Source of the DNA: Candidatus Dadabacteria bacterium
GTDB lineage: Bacteria; Desulfobacterota_D; UBA1144; Nemesobacterales; CSP1-2
Direction: 5' to 3'
Length of the DNA stretch: 64,000 nt
NCBI GenBank assembly: GCA_963805855.1
Contig: CAWDVW010000006.1
Span: forward strand, 160,001 to 224,000
Shown here: positions 27,309 to 37,414 of the stretch, piece after piece
Layout: each line of letters starts with the position of its first letter
How positions within the stretch are numbered: the stretch's first letter is position 1
Made by a program: the position numbers and the translations under genes
Notes under the pieces: model-generated
The model's database searches: none
Told to the model about the DNA's origin: nothing
What the model saw: only the letters and a program-made list of their open reading frames with translations

Positions 27309-28271
27309 ATGGTTTTATTTTTGGGCGAAGCAGAAGTCGAGGAGCTTTTGAAAATGGAAGACGCTGTACATATAGTGGAAGAAACTTTCAGGCAACAGGG
27401 GAGAGGGAACATAATCAATCACCCCAGGAGGAGGATCAAGACACCAAAGAGTATGCTTCATTATCTTCCCGGTGCCGTTCCGCATATGAATGTAATGGGT
27501 TATAAGGCCTATACCTCATCAAAAGCTGGAATAAAGTTCAGGGTTTTTCTTCATGATATCGAAACCGGAGAACTTCTGTCAATTATGGATGGAAACTACA
27601 TGGGTATGATCCGAACGGGTGCCGCAACTTCGGTTGCGACAAAGCATATGTCTAGACCGGATTCATCGCGGGTAGGCATTTATGGCGCCGGATGGCAGGC
27701 GAGGGGGCAGGCGATGGGTGTTTGTTCTGTAAGAGAAATTAAGAGTATGTCGGTGTATAGTCGAGATCCCGATAGGAGAAAAGCGTTTTGTGATGAGATG
27801 AGAAATCTTCTCGATATAGAAGTTACTCCCGCTGAAAATCCCGAAGATGTTCTAAATCAGGTCGATATAGTCATAACATCTACGACCTCAGTACAACCGG
27901 TGTTTAGTGGGGAGTGGCTGGAAGCCGGCGTGCATATAAACGCGATTGGAGGTAATTTCCTGTTCAAACGAGAAATAGATGAGCGATGCGTGAGTAAGAG
28001 CGACGTAATTGTAGTTGAGTCGAAGGAGCAATCGAAGCTTGAAGCGGGTGAATTGATGCCATTGATAGAAAAGGGGAGGCTCTGGTGGGAAAAGATATAT
28101 GAGCTTGGAGAGGTGGTTACCGGCAAGGTAAAGGGTAGGAACAACAGCGAAGAGATCACTCTTTTTAAGTCTCTTGGAATCGCAATCGAAGATATTGCGG
28201 TTGCGGCCCATATTTATAAAGTGGCGAAGTTAAAGTCTATCGGGAAGAATTTGGATATTCCTTCCATTTAA
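27309..28271 (+). CDS. ornithine cyclodeaminase/mu-crystallin family protein
   Basis: RTGAATSVATK, GAGWQA, HINAIG, LFKSLGIAIEDIA. Confidence 0.92.
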   Translation: MVLFLGEAEVEELLKMEDAVHIVEETFRQQGRGNIINHPRRRIKTPKSMLHYLPGAVPHMNVMGYKAYTSSKAGIKFRVFLHDIETGELLSIMDGNYMGMIRTGAATSVATKHMSRPDSSRVGIYGAGWQARGQAMGVCSVREIKSMSVYSRDPDRRKAFCDEMRNLLDIEVTPAENPEDVLNQVDIVITSTTSVQPVFSGEWLEAGVHINAIGGNFLFKREIDERCVSKSDVIVVESKEQSKLEAGELMPLIEKGRLWWEKIYELGEVVTGKVKGRNNSEEITLFKSLGIAIEDIAVAAHIYKVAKLKSIGKNLDIPSI

Positions 28272-28333
28272 GTAGACAGGCGCCTGTCAAAGCGATACTA
28301 TAATAGTGCTTCACGAATTGAATAGGTTGGTAT

Positions 28334-28984
28334 ATGGGAAAAAAGGTTAGAATAGGCTGGGATGTCTCTCACCTGGAGTTTACAATTGATGATCACTATT
28401 ATTATTCCATTTTAAAGTCTAAAATCATTGAATCAGGTGCATCGGTTACTACATTAAAATCATTGGAATATCTTAATGGGTTCGATGTCTTAGTGCTCAA
28501 CTATCCTGAGAAATCATTCGCCAAAAGAGAAGTCACGGAAGTTATGAATTTTATTGAAAAAGGAAATAGAGTGGTAGTGTGTGGGTACTACAATAATGAG
28601 GATGGGATTGCAGACTGTATCAATTCTATCTCCACTCACTTTGGTCTAACTTTGAAAAAGGACTGTGTCAGGGATAAATTGAATAACTACAAAGGGGATG
28701 AGTTGCTCTTGGTTACTTCCAGAGTTTTATCCCACGACTACAAGGTCAGGAAGATATTACTTCCCTGCTGTTCATCGATCAAGATAAGAGGAAGATCAAA
28801 TAGTGTGGTTGCAATGAGTCAAGGGTCGAAATCTCTTCCAAGAACGGAGGAAGTTGTTGCCGCTCAGTCTAAGTTCGGCAGGGGTGAATTTATTCTTATA
28901 GGAACCTGCGTTTTCTGGGATAATTATTCTATCTCTAGATACAGTAACCTCAGGTTTTCGATTAATCTTCTTCTTGGTAGCTAA
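28334..28984 (+). CDS. hypothetical protein, class-I glutamine amidotransferase-like fold
   Basis: WDVSHLE, DVLVLNYP, FIEKGNRVVV, N-x-x-F-x-x-N-L-L end. Confidence 0.6.
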   Translation: MGKKVRIGWDVSHLEFTIDDHYYYSILKSKIIESGASVTTLKSLEYLNGFDVLVLNYPEKSFAKREVTEVMNFIEKGNRVVVCGYYNNEDGIADCINSISTHFGLTLKKDCVRDKLNNYKGDELLLVTSRVLSHDYKVRKILLPCCSSIKIRGRSNSVVAMSQGSKSLPRTEEVVAAQSKFGRGEFILIGTCVFWDNYSISRYSNLRFSINLLLGS

Positions 28985-29144
28985 GTTATCTTTTTTGGGT
29001 GTAGAATAATTACTCAGAATGATTATCAATATGGCTTATTGACTCGATTTATCGTTGCGTAAAGGCAGGTAGACATACACATCGATATTGACCCTAACCA
29101 ATGCGGGTGTTAATTTAAAGCAAAGAGTTTTCTGAGAGGCTTGA

Positions 29145-29999
29145 ATGAAGACGATAGGTGTAATAGGTGGGAGTGGGCTTTATAAATTAGACGGATTGAG
29201 GGAGATAGAATCTATAAGGATCGAGACTCCTTGGGGATATCCCTCGGACGATTTGGTGGTTGGGAAATTGGGTGATATCAAGATGGTTTTCCTACCCAGA
29301 CATGGACGGGGTCATCATATAATTCCGTCTGAAATCAACTATCGCGCCAACATTTATGCACTCAAGAAGCTTGGAGTCGATTTTATAATTTCAGTGAGTG
29401 CGGTAGGGAGTATGAAAGAAGAGATTGCTCCTGGCCATATCGTTATCCCTAATCAATTTTATGACAACACCAGAAACAGGGTGTCAACCTTCTTTGGCAA
29501 CGGTTTAGTCGCCCATGTTTCAATGGCTGATCCTGTGTGTCCCGTGCTATCAGAAAATCTATACAAGGCATCTACAAAATTGGGGGCTACAGTGCACAAA
29601 GGGGGGGTCTATATTTGTATAGAGGGTCCCCAGTTCTCCTCGAGGGCCGAGAGTTTTATATACAGGAAATGGGGAGTCGACGTCATTGGGATGACTAATA
29701 TGCCTGAGGCAAAACTTGCCCGCGAGGCCGAGATTTGTTATGCGACACTGGCCCTTTCCAGTGATTATGATTGCTGGCGGGATGGCCATGACGACGTATC
29801 GGTTGAAGATATTCTTGAAATCCTTGAAAAAAACTCGGAACTCTCAAAAGAAGTTATTAAGGAAGTCGTGCAGATTATAGATGAAAATAGAACTTGCATA
29901 TGTTCTAGGGCACTCCAGAATGCTATCATAACTTCAAAAGAATCGATAAGCGAAGCAGTGAGAGAAAAACTTTATCCGTTGATTAGAGATCATATCTAA
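29145..29999 (+). CDS. mtnP: S-methyl-5'-thioadenosine phosphorylase
   Basis: GVIGGSG, PRHGRGH, EGPQFSSRAES, GMTNMPEAKLAREAE, DYDCW. Confidence 0.95.
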   Translation: MKTIGVIGGSGLYKLDGLREIESIRIETPWGYPSDDLVVGKLGDIKMVFLPRHGRGHHIIPSEINYRANIYALKKLGVDFIISVSAVGSMKEEIAPGHIVIPNQFYDNTRNRVSTFFGNGLVAHVSMADPVCPVLSENLYKASTKLGATVHKGGVYICIEGPQFSSRAESFIYRKWGVDVIGMTNMPEAKLAREAEICYATLALSSDYDCWRDGHDDVSVEDILEILEKNSELSKEVIKEVVQIIDENRTCICSRALQNAIITSKESISEAVREKLYPLIRDHI

Positions 30000-30901
30000 T
30001 GAGTGTATTGGTCGTTGGTTCAATTGCGCTTGATGACATCGAAACCCCTTTCGGAAAAAGGGAGGGAATCCTCGGTGGTTCCGCATCCTATTTCTCCATA
30101 GCAGCGAGTAATTTTACCGACGTTAAAATAGTTGCCGTCGTCGGAGAGGATTTTCCCGATGTTCATCTAAAAATGTTTCAGTCGTATAATATTGACTTAC
30201 ACGGCGTTAAAAAGGCTCCGGGAAAGACTTTTAGATGGGAGGGTAAATATGGATACGATCTTAGCGAGCCGCTTACATTGGGTACATACCTGAACGTTTT
30301 TGAAACCTTCGAGCCAGTAATACCAGATGATTATACTCAGGAAGATTATGTATTTCTTGCAAATATTGACCCCGAGCTCCAGTTGAACGTGCTGGATCAG
30401 GTTACGGCTCCAAAGGTCGTGGCTCTGGATACAATGAATTACTGGATAGAGAATAAACCTTTAGAGCTTAAAAAGGTCCTGGAGCGTGTGAATGTTTTGA
30501 TTGTCAATGATGCAGAGACAAGGGAATTAGCGAAAGAATCGAGGATAACCAGGGCGGCTAGGATTGTTATGGATATGGGCCCGGAGGTTCTTATAGTGAA
30601 GAGGGGGGAATACGGTGCATTGTTGTTTTCAAAGGACGGAATATTTTGGGCTCCTAGTTATCCACTTGAGGAAGTTGTTGATCCAACAGGGGCTGGAGAT
30701 TCATTTGCCGGCGGATTTATGGGTTACATCGCAGGTAACGATATCCGAGAAAATGCTGGATTTAAAAGGGCCGTAGTTCATGGAAGCGTGATTGCCTCGT
30801 TTACTGTCGAGGATTTCAGTGTAGATAGATTGATTTTACTGAAAAAGGAGGAAATAGAAACCAGGTATCAAGCGTTTCTAAAACTTTCCAATCTGGATTA
30901 A
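29999..30901 (+). CDS. PfkB family carbohydrate/nucleoside kinase
   Basis: VGSIALD, GGSASY, DPTGAGDSFAGG. Confidence 0.92.
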   Translation: MSVLVVGSIALDDIETPFGKREGILGGSASYFSIAASNFTDVKIVAVVGEDFPDVHLKMFQSYNIDLHGVKKAPGKTFRWEGKYGYDLSEPLTLGTYLNVFETFEPVIPDDYTQEDYVFLANIDPELQLNVLDQVTAPKVVALDTMNYWIENKPLELKKVLERVNVLIVNDAETRELAKESRITRAARIVMDMGPEVLIVKRGEYGALLFSKDGIFWAPSYPLEEVVDPTGAGDSFAGGFMGYIAGNDIRENAGFKRAVVHGSVIASFTVEDFSVDRLILLKKEEIETRYQAFLKLSNLD

Positions 30902-30902
30902 T

Positions 30903-31658
30903 ATGAAGACAACTATACTCTTTTTATCAATTATTGTACTGCTGATTTCTTGCGGTGGAAAAAAGACGGGAGAAACTAATAATGAGCAAAGAATATCGGA
31001 ATACAAGTCGCTAGCGATTGCTTCAATCTATCGTAGAAATTTTCAGCAGGCGTTGGAGGACATACGAGCAATTGAGGGCTCGGACAGTAATGACCCTGAG
31101 TTATATCTTATAAAGGGGCTTATATTCTTCGGTTTAAGGGATTATGGTAGTGCCGAAAAATCGTATAAAAGGGCATTAGAGATTAAGTCAGACTATTCAG
31201 AGGCTAGATATAACTTGTGTGGTCTATATTTAAAGCTCGATAAGTTGGATAGCGCCATAGAACAGTGTGAGAAAGCTTCGACGGATATCCTGTATAGATC
31301 AAGGGATAAGGCGCTTACTAGTTTAGGTGTGGCGTATTATAAAAAGGGCGACGTACAAAAAGCCAAGGAATACTATGATAAGTCGCTTGAAATAAATCCG
31401 GCTTTGGTTTACACTCACAATGAGCTTGGCAAGCTTTACATGTCGGCTGGGGATTATCAGCGGGCGGTGGAGGAATTTAAAAGGGCTACATTTGGATATG
31501 AGTTGTATGATGAGGCGTTATTTAATCTAGGGGTTTGTTATTTAAAGCTTGGAAAAACTGTCGAGGCGTGTGAATCGTTTAAGAGGGTTGTTGAGATTTC
31601 TAGTTTGAGTGAATATGGTATGAATGCTGGTAAGTACGTTAATACAATATGTAATTAA
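30903..31658 (+). CDS. TPR lipoprotein (PilF/PilW/Tgl-like)
   Basis: Lipobox LISC; multiple TPRs. Confidence 0.8.
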   Translation: MKTTILFLSIIVLLISCGGKKTGETNNEQRISEYKSLAIASIYRRNFQQALEDIRAIEGSDSNDPELYLIKGLIFFGLRDYGSAEKSYKRALEIKSDYSEARYNLCGLYLKLDKLDSAIEQCEKASTDILYRSRDKALTSLGVAYYKKGDVQKAKEYYDKSLEINPALVYTHNELGKLYMSAGDYQRAVEEFKRATFGYELYDEALFNLGVCYLKLGKTVEACESFKRVVEISSLSEYGMNAGKYVNTICN

Positions 31659-31688
31659 TATTAGATCGACTATTAGGGAGGGAAAATT

Positions 31689-31985
31689 ATGGCAAAAAAA
31701 ACAACTAATGATATGGTAAGGGGTTTTAAAGAATTATTTGGAAATCCCAAGTGGATGGAAAAATTTGAAAAAACTGTTGACAGTCAATTTAAGACATTAA
31801 AAAGCACGTTTGACAAAAATCTAGAGAAAGCAACTCGGGGTCTTAACATTACAACTAAGAAGGATGTAAACGTGCTTAATTCAAAGATTAGGGCTTTGGA
31901 AAAAAGGATAGAGAAGCTAGAGGGAGCCAAAAAACGCCCTGCCACTAGAAAAAGGTCTAAGAAATTGGAGCATCAAAGTCTATAA
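31689..31985 (+). CDS. phasin-like (PhaF/PhaI) protein
   Basis: LNITTKKDVNVLNSKIRALEKRIEKLE plus basic tail. Confidence 0.6.
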   Translation: MAKKTTNDMVRGFKELFGNPKWMEKFEKTVDSQFKTLKSTFDKNLEKATRGLNITTKKDVNVLNSKIRALEKRIEKLEGAKKRPATRKRSKKLEHQSL

Positions 31986-32069
31986 GTGAGATACTGAACC
32001 TTATTCCTTCTCGTCATAAAATATTCTCAAAGATTCAATCTCTTATCAAAATTCAGTTGTATTAATGCG

Positions 32070-33530
32070 CTAATTTGAATGTCTTATCTTGCTTAAAAGT
32101 GTGGAAGTCGAAATGCCTGTGAGTTGTTCTATAAATTTGACCTTCCCCCCATAACCTTCAACGAATTCACTTCCAATGACCTTTTTATGTTTGTAATCGC
32201 TACCCTTGACCAGTATGTCTGGTTTTATCATTTTAATTAATTCAAGCGGAGTATCTTCAGCGAAAACAACGACAAAGTTTACACATTCCAGCTCTGCAAT
32301 CATTCGTGCTCTATCTAACGCGGGTATATATGGTCTTTGCTCTCCTTTGATCCTTTTAACCGAATCGTCATCGTTGACTCCGACTATTAATATGTCTCCA
32401 AAATTTTTAGCTTCATTCAGCAGGTGTAAATGTCCTTTATGAAAAAGGTCAAAGCAACCATTAGTGAACGTAATTTTCTTTTTTTCTTTTCTTAACTGGG
32501 ATAACAATTCAAGTAGAAAGTTTCGCGAAACTATTTTTTCGAGTTTTAGATTTCTATTATTGACAAAGGCGTTGAGTAGATCTCTTTGTGTGACGCTAAC
32601 TGTTCCAACCCTTCCAACCACCACGCCTGCGGCTGCATTCGCTATTCTCACCGATTCTTCCCATGACTTTGATGACAGGTACGACAGTGTGAGAACACTA
32701 ACAACCGTGTCGCCTGCCCCCGTAACATCGAAGATCTCTCTTGCATTAGAGTGCACAGTGTTTATGTTTTCTCCCCTTACACAGTAACTTATTCCCTCCT
32801 TGCCTCGAGTTATTATGATATTGTCAATGCCCGTTATTTTAATCAACTTTTTCATGGCTTTTTTTATTGTCGCTTCACCTACAATATTAAAACCGCAAAC
32901 CTCTTCCGCTTCCGTCTGATTTGGTGTTATCATGCTTGCACCTTTATATTTCGTAAAATCTCTCCCCTTGGGATCCACAGCAACAAATATGTTTTTTACC
33001 TTGGGATGTTTTATGATTTCTTTACATAATTCTCTTGTCATTAGGCCCTTGGCATAGTCTGAGATTATAATTCCGTCTGGCTTAAATTTGTTGATGGAAT
33101 CTATGTAGGATCTTACTATCTTCTTTCTTGTTATGATAGAAATAGGATTAATCTGTTCATGGTCTATTCTCAAAATCTGCTGGTTTCGAGAGATAATCCT
33201 GGTTTTCGTTGTTGTAATTCTTTCGGGGTCGGTGATTATGTCATCGGAATCTATTTCAGTTTGCTTTAGAAGTTCTGATAATTTATTGCTGTCATCATCA
33301 TTGCCTGTTACTCCGAAGATTTTCACACATGCGCCAAGGCTCATCAAATTAACGGCAACGTTCCCTGCACCGCCGATTGAAATAAGTTCATCTTTTGATT
33401 TTAATACGGGTACCGGCGCTTCGGGGGATATTCGTGAAACACTACCGGCAATAAAGCGATCAAGCATAATATCCCCTATAACGATTATTCTCTGCTTCTC
33501 AAAGTTGCTTATAACTGATAAAGTATCCAT
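32070..33530 (-). CDS. hldE: bifunctional heptose-7-phosphate kinase / heptose-1-phosphate adenylyltransferase
   Basis: RISPEAPVPV, DVTGAGDT, FTNGCFDLFHKGH, VKGSDY. Confidence 0.95.
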   Translation of the reverse strand: MDTLSVISNFEKQRIIVIGDIMLDRFIAGSVSRISPEAPVPVLKSKDELISIGGAGNVAVNLMSLGACVKIFGVTGNDDDSNKLSELLKQTEIDSDDIITDPERITTTKTRIISRNQQILRIDHEQINPISIITRKKIVRSYIDSINKFKPDGIIISDYAKGLMTRELCKEIIKHPKVKNIFVAVDPKGRDFTKYKGASMITPNQTEAEEVCGFNIVGEATIKKAMKKLIKITGIDNIIITRGKEGISYCVRGENINTVHSNAREIFDVTGAGDTVVSVLTLSYLSSKSWEESVRIANAAAGVVVGRVGTVSVTQRDLLNAFVNNRNLKLEKIVSRNFLLELLSQLRKEKKKITFTNGCFDLFHKGHLHLLNEAKNFGDILIVGVNDDDSVKRIKGEQRPYIPALDRARMIAELECVNFVVVFAEDTPLELIKMIKPDILVKGSDYKHKKVIGSEFVEGYGGKVKFIEQLTGISTSTLLSKIRHSN

Positions 33531-33561
33531 GCTACAGGGAATAGCTTTTCATGGAGGAGAA

Positions 33562-33858
33562 TTATTTTTTTTCGGGACCGATATCTTTCACGTATTTCAT
33601 CCTTAGGTTGTAAAGCACATCGTCCAGGAGTTTTTGTTCTTCTCCGTCGAGGTTGCCCACGGTCTTGCTCTTGATTATTTCCAGAATTTCTATTGTATGT
33701 TTCGCTGCGCTCAAATTGACTAATCGTTCTCTGGACTGAGGATCGGGTATGTCACCAAGGTGTATCAGAGCTGAAGCATTTAGTGAGAGGACAAAATTCG
33801 AGAAATCTAATTTCAATGAGCCACTTTCCTTCGATCTTCTTTTGTCTTCATCTCCCAT
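33562..33858 (-). CDS. DUF1844 protein
   Basis: FVLSLNASALIHLG...KTVGNL...LYNLRMKYV. Confidence 0.85.
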   Translation of the reverse strand: MGDEDKRRSKESGSLKLDFSNFVLSLNASALIHLGDIPDPQSRERLVNLSAAKHTIEILEIIKSKTVGNLDGEEQKLLDDVLYNLRMKYVKDIGPEKK

Positions 33859-33881
33859 GTCGATTGCCTCCCATAATAATT

Positions 33882-34178
33882 TTATTCTCGGATGTTCTTA
33901 TCAATATACTTGAAAAGTTTATATATCACATCATCGGTCTCTGTTTTCATACTAAACATTCGATCGCTTATCTCTAATATTACCTCTATGCCTGCAAAGT
34001 TAACTCCCATTTCTTGGAGATCCTTGGCAAGAAAAAGCTTTCTAATGTCTCTTTCGGTGTAGAACACTTCATTACCTTCTTCCATTGGATATAGCAACTC
34101 AGCTTCTTCAAGCCGTTTAACAAAGCTTGGGGTAACTCCCACTATTTCCAACAATGATCTAAACGAGTAGAGTTTCAT
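33882..34178 (-). CDS. MerR-like HTH protein (HspR/CbpM-like)
   Basis: [10 protein letters not shown]...[12 protein letters not shown]; overlaps the stop of the DnaJ-II gene. Confidence 0.8.
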   Translation of the reverse strand: MKLYSFRSLLEIVGVTPSFVKRLEEAELLYPMEEGNEVFYTERDIRKLFLAKDLQEMGVNFAGIEVILEISDRMFSMKTETDDVIYKLFKYIDKNIRE

Positions 34179-35104
34179 CTCATATATTTTTCTAAATGCG
34201 ATCTCGGGTTGTATGGGTTTGAGTTTCGTAATTCTTCAAATGTGCTTTTTGCCCTCTCGTTGATCGTTTCAGGCATAACTATCTTAAGGACAACGTATTG
34301 GTCGCCTCGCTGTCCGGTCCTTAAATTTGAAACACCCTTCCCCTTGAGCCTTAACTTGGTTCCATTCTGTACATTGGGAGGAACTGTCAGTGTAGCTGAA
34401 CCATCTATTGTCGGGACCGTTATTCGGGCACCAAGCGCTGCCTCGTAAAAGGTTATAGGGAGTTCGATATAAATATCGTCTTTCTTCCTACCGAAAATGG
34501 GGTGGGGTTTGACCTTGATTCTCAGGAAGAGGTCACCACTTGTTCCTCTGCCTTCTTCTCCCTTTCCTTTAACCCTAATTCTTGACCCGTCATCAACACC
34601 GGCAGGAATTTTCACTGACAGTGTCTCTGTAACAACTTTCCCATCCTTGGTCTGTTTAGATATTGTTAAATCTCTGGTGCCACCCTTGATCGCGGCTTCA
34701 AAATCGATTGTAACTTGGTATTCGATGTTACGGCCTCTACTTGGGCCTCTCTCAGTCCATCGAGACCCAAAAATATCACCAAATAGATTCTCGAATCCGC
34801 CTAGATCGCCAATATCGAATTCGAATCCACCGGGAGAACCCTCTGACGGTTGCCACGTAGTTCTTCCTGGCCCCGCCTGAAAATCGGCAGTTCCAAATGT
34901 ATCATAATTTTTCCGCTTTTCCTCATTGGATATTACTTCATTGGCCTCTTGTATTTCCTTAAAGTTTTGTTCTGCGTCTTTATTTCCGGGATTTAAGTCA
35001 GGATGGTATTTTCTCGCAAGCTTACGATAAGCCTTCTTTATTTCTTCTTTTGTAGCGTTTCTAGGAACACCTAAAATACTGTAATAATCCTTCTTTGGAG
35101 GCAT
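34175..35104 (-). CDS. class II DnaJ (CbpA-like) co-chaperone
   Basis: J-domain HPD, G/F region, no Zn finger, DnaJ_C. Confidence 0.93.
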   Translation of the reverse strand: MPPKKDYYSILGVPRNATKEEIKKAYRKLARKYHPDLNPGNKDAEQNFKEIQEANEVISNEEKRKNYDTFGTADFQAGPGRTTWQPSEGSPGGFEFDIGDLGGFENLFGDIFGSRWTERGPSRGRNIEYQVTIDFEAAIKGGTRDLTISKQTKDGKVVTETLSVKIPAGVDDGSRIRVKGKGEEGRGTSGDLFLRIKVKPHPIFGRKKDDIYIELPITFYEAALGARITVPTIDGSATLTVPPNVQNGTKLRLKGKGVSNLRTGQRGDQYVVLKIVMPETINERAKSTFEELRNSNPYNPRSHLEKYMR

Positions 35105-35121
35105 ATGTATTTAGTACAATA

Positions 35122-35161
35122 AAAGCTACCCTGCCGACTCATCTTCCAGCAGGGTAGCTTT
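35122..35161 (-). terminator. 13-bp stem hairpin between hsp20 and dnaJ-II
   Basis: AAAGCTACCCTGC-N14-GCAGGGTAGCTTT with T-rich tail on the minus strand. Confidence 0.6.
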
Positions 35162-35168
35162 AAAGGAA

Positions 35169-35621
35169 CTAGTTAACGTCAACTGCTATTCTCTTAGGCT
35201 TTGCCTCTTCTTTTTTTGGAAGAGTTAGATCCAGAATCCCATCTCTAAATGTTGCCTTTATCTTTGTAGAATCGACATTCTGGGGAAGACTAAAGCTTCT
35301 GACGAATTTTCCGTAGGTACGCTCGACCCTTATATATTTATCCCTTGGTACCTTTTCTTCAAACTTCTTTTCGCCCTTAATGGTGAGGGTGTTGTCTTCT
35401 ATACCAATCTCAATATCATCTTTATTGAGACCGGGAAGATCGGCACTCACGACAAAGGAGTCGTCGGTTTCATGGATATCAACTGGAGGAGACCATGCAC
35501 CTGTTGCTAATTCCTCATCACCCGTGGGAACTGATCTCATCTTATCATCAAACATTTTGTTTATTCTCTCTTGGAGAGATCCAAAATCTCTCCATGGATC
35601 CCATACTCTTAGTCTAACCAT
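35169..35621 (-). CDS. Hsp20/alpha-crystallin small heat-shock protein
   Basis: PPVDIHET, DLPG, ERTYGKFVRSFSLP, DGILDLTLPK. Confidence 0.95.
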   Translation of the reverse strand: MVRLRVWDPWRDFGSLQERINKMFDDKMRSVPTGDEELATGAWSPPVDIHETDDSFVVSADLPGLNKDDIEIGIEDNTLTIKGEKKFEEKVPRDKYIRVERTYGKFVRSFSLPQNVDSTKIKATFRDGILDLTLPKKEEAKPKRIAVDVN

Positions 35622-35652
35622 CTTAATTACCTCCCTGTATAGAATTTTCTAA

Positions 35653-35691
35653 CATTTCTAAGATAATCATAGTCTCTCATGAATCAAGGAA
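35653..35691 (-). promoter_or_regulatory. putative heat-shock promoter/operator shared with clpB
   Basis: TTCCTTGATT-N6-AGAYTA-NN-AWTATYTTAGAA occurs in both upstream regions. Confidence 0.55.
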
Positions 35692-35746
35692 ATAATTGTA
35701 AAAAAATATGAAAAGTCAGGGGATATAACTGATTGGAAACTCTGCG

Positions 35747-36808
35747 TTAGTTTAATTTTTCGATCTGTTGTAAGACCTTTTCGGCTATCTCTGAAAAGGC
35801 CCGTGAAGCTGGACTTTCGGGATGTGAGATAGCGATTGGTTTCCCCTCGTCGCCACCTTTTCGAATCTCAGGATCAATTGGTATTTCCCCAAGAAAGGGC
35901 ACATCGAATTCGTCAGCCATTCGTCTTCCACCACCTCTCCCGAAGATATCAATTGTCATATTAGTTTCTGGAACTTCAAGATAGCTCATGTTTTCAACTA
36001 TGCCCAGCACAGGCACATTTAGCTTCCTGAACATATGGACTCCACGCCTTACATCAATGAGCGCAACATCCTGGGGTGTTGTGACGATTAAACCGCCACT
36101 TAGGGGCACGGTCTGGACGAGGGATAATTGTGCATCCCCCGTGCCTGGAGGCAAATCGACCACGAGGTAATCCGTTCCCCTCCAATCAACATCTTCAATG
36201 AATTGCTTTACCGCACCATGAACCATAGGACCTCTCCATATTACTGTCTCGTCCTGGTCTATAAGAAACCCTATTGACATGAGTTTCAATCCATACTTGT
36301 CAAGTGGTATGATCTTCTGTTCAGGAGTAGCTATTGGCTTTTCATTAATACCCATCATAATCGGAATACTAGGACCCCAGATGTCAGCGTCCATAAGCCC
36401 GACATTGTTTCTCAACCTCGCCATACAAATGGCGAGATTCACCGCTACCGTAGACTTACCTACACCTCCTTTGCCACTTGCTACCGCTATGTAATATTTA
36501 ACGTCTGGAAGCTTTGACTCTTCTGGTTTCTTTTTTTGTGTCTGCCCAGGAGAGGCGTGTGTTTCTCTCGTTCCTATGTTGACGCTCACCTCGGAAACAC
36601 CCGGCGATTCTAAAAGGGTCTTTCTCACTGATTCCTTGATTTGAGACTCCAGTTTATCATCATGCTTGGGGAGTAGAATATCTACATTTACCATCGAGCC
36701 TTTTATCTCTATCTCTTTTACCAGCCCGAACGAAACTATATCTCTGGTAAATCCTGGGTACTTTACATTTTTGAGGATGTTTCTTATCTCTTCAGGACTC
36801 AATTCCAT
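35747..36808 (-). CDS. mrp: Mrp/NBP35 (ApbC) Fe-S carrier ATPase
   Basis: ASGKGGVGKST, DADIWGPS, VIWRGPM, DLPPGTGD, ENMS. Confidence 0.93.
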   Translation of the reverse strand: MELSPEEIRNILKNVKYPGFTRDIVSFGLVKEIEIKGSMVNVDILLPKHDDKLESQIKESVRKTLLESPGVSEVSVNIGTRETHASPGQTQKKKPEESKLPDVKYYIAVASGKGGVGKSTVAVNLAICMARLRNNVGLMDADIWGPSIPIMMGINEKPIATPEQKIIPLDKYGLKLMSIGFLIDQDETVIWRGPMVHGAVKQFIEDVDWRGTDYLVVDLPPGTGDAQLSLVQTVPLSGGLIVTTPQDVALIDVRRGVHMFRKLNVPVLGIVENMSYLEVPETNMTIDIFGRGGGRRMADEFDVPFLGEIPIDPEIRKGGDEGKPIAISHPESPASRAFSEIAEKVLQQIEKLN

Positions 36809-36825
36809 TTCTTAGTGTTTTCCTC

Positions 36826-37230
36826 TCATGCTATACCTAGTCGCTGTTTCGCTTCATCACTCATCATATCTGGATTCCATGGCGGATCCCAAACTATATC
36901 TATAAAAACGTTCTTAGCTCCTATCGGCTTTATCGCCATCTCAGCCTGCTTGGCGATTGTCGCCCCCATACCGCATCCCGGTGTAGTAAGGCTCATCTTT
37001 ATATTTACATTTCTCCCCGATATGCCAACGTCATAGATAAGTCCTAAATCAACAATGTTTACAGGGAGTTCCGGGTCATATACCGATCTGAGGGCTTCAA
37101 ATACCCTTTCTTCTGTCAGGGGCTCGTCTGTTTCCGTAGACTTTTCAAATTTCGTGAAGGCTACTCCCTTCTCCTCCGATTCTTTGGGCTTTTCGTCCTT
37201 TTTGATATTTATGAATTTTTTCATAGCCAT
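36826..37230 (-). CDS. DUF59/SufT-like Fe-S assembly protein
   Basis: YDPELPVNIVDLGLIY, LTTPGC, WDPPW. Confidence 0.9.
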   Translation of the reverse strand: MAMKKFINIKKDEKPKESEEKGVAFTKFEKSTETDEPLTEERVFEALRSVYDPELPVNIVDLGLIYDVGISGRNVNIKMSLTTPGCGMGATIAKQAEMAIKPIGAKNVFIDIVWDPPWNPDMMSDEAKQRLGIA

Positions 37231-37414
37231 ATAAATTTACTCCTTAAACCAGGTTTTTAAGAATCTTAATTTAGCGGTAGAATAATATGTTACCTGTTAA
37301 CTTGAATAATATCTAATCGGATTAGAAGACAGTGTATGTTATGGTATTAATGCTTCTCATGACCCTGATTTCTTGACAGTTCTCCTTTAATTCAATAATC
37401 TTCTTGGGCGATTT

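Noticed and set aside
35622-35746. CIRCE or HAIR operators upstream of hsp20/clpB
   Set aside because: Neither TTAGCACTC-N9-GAGTGCTAA nor CTTGAGT-N7-ACTCAAG is present.
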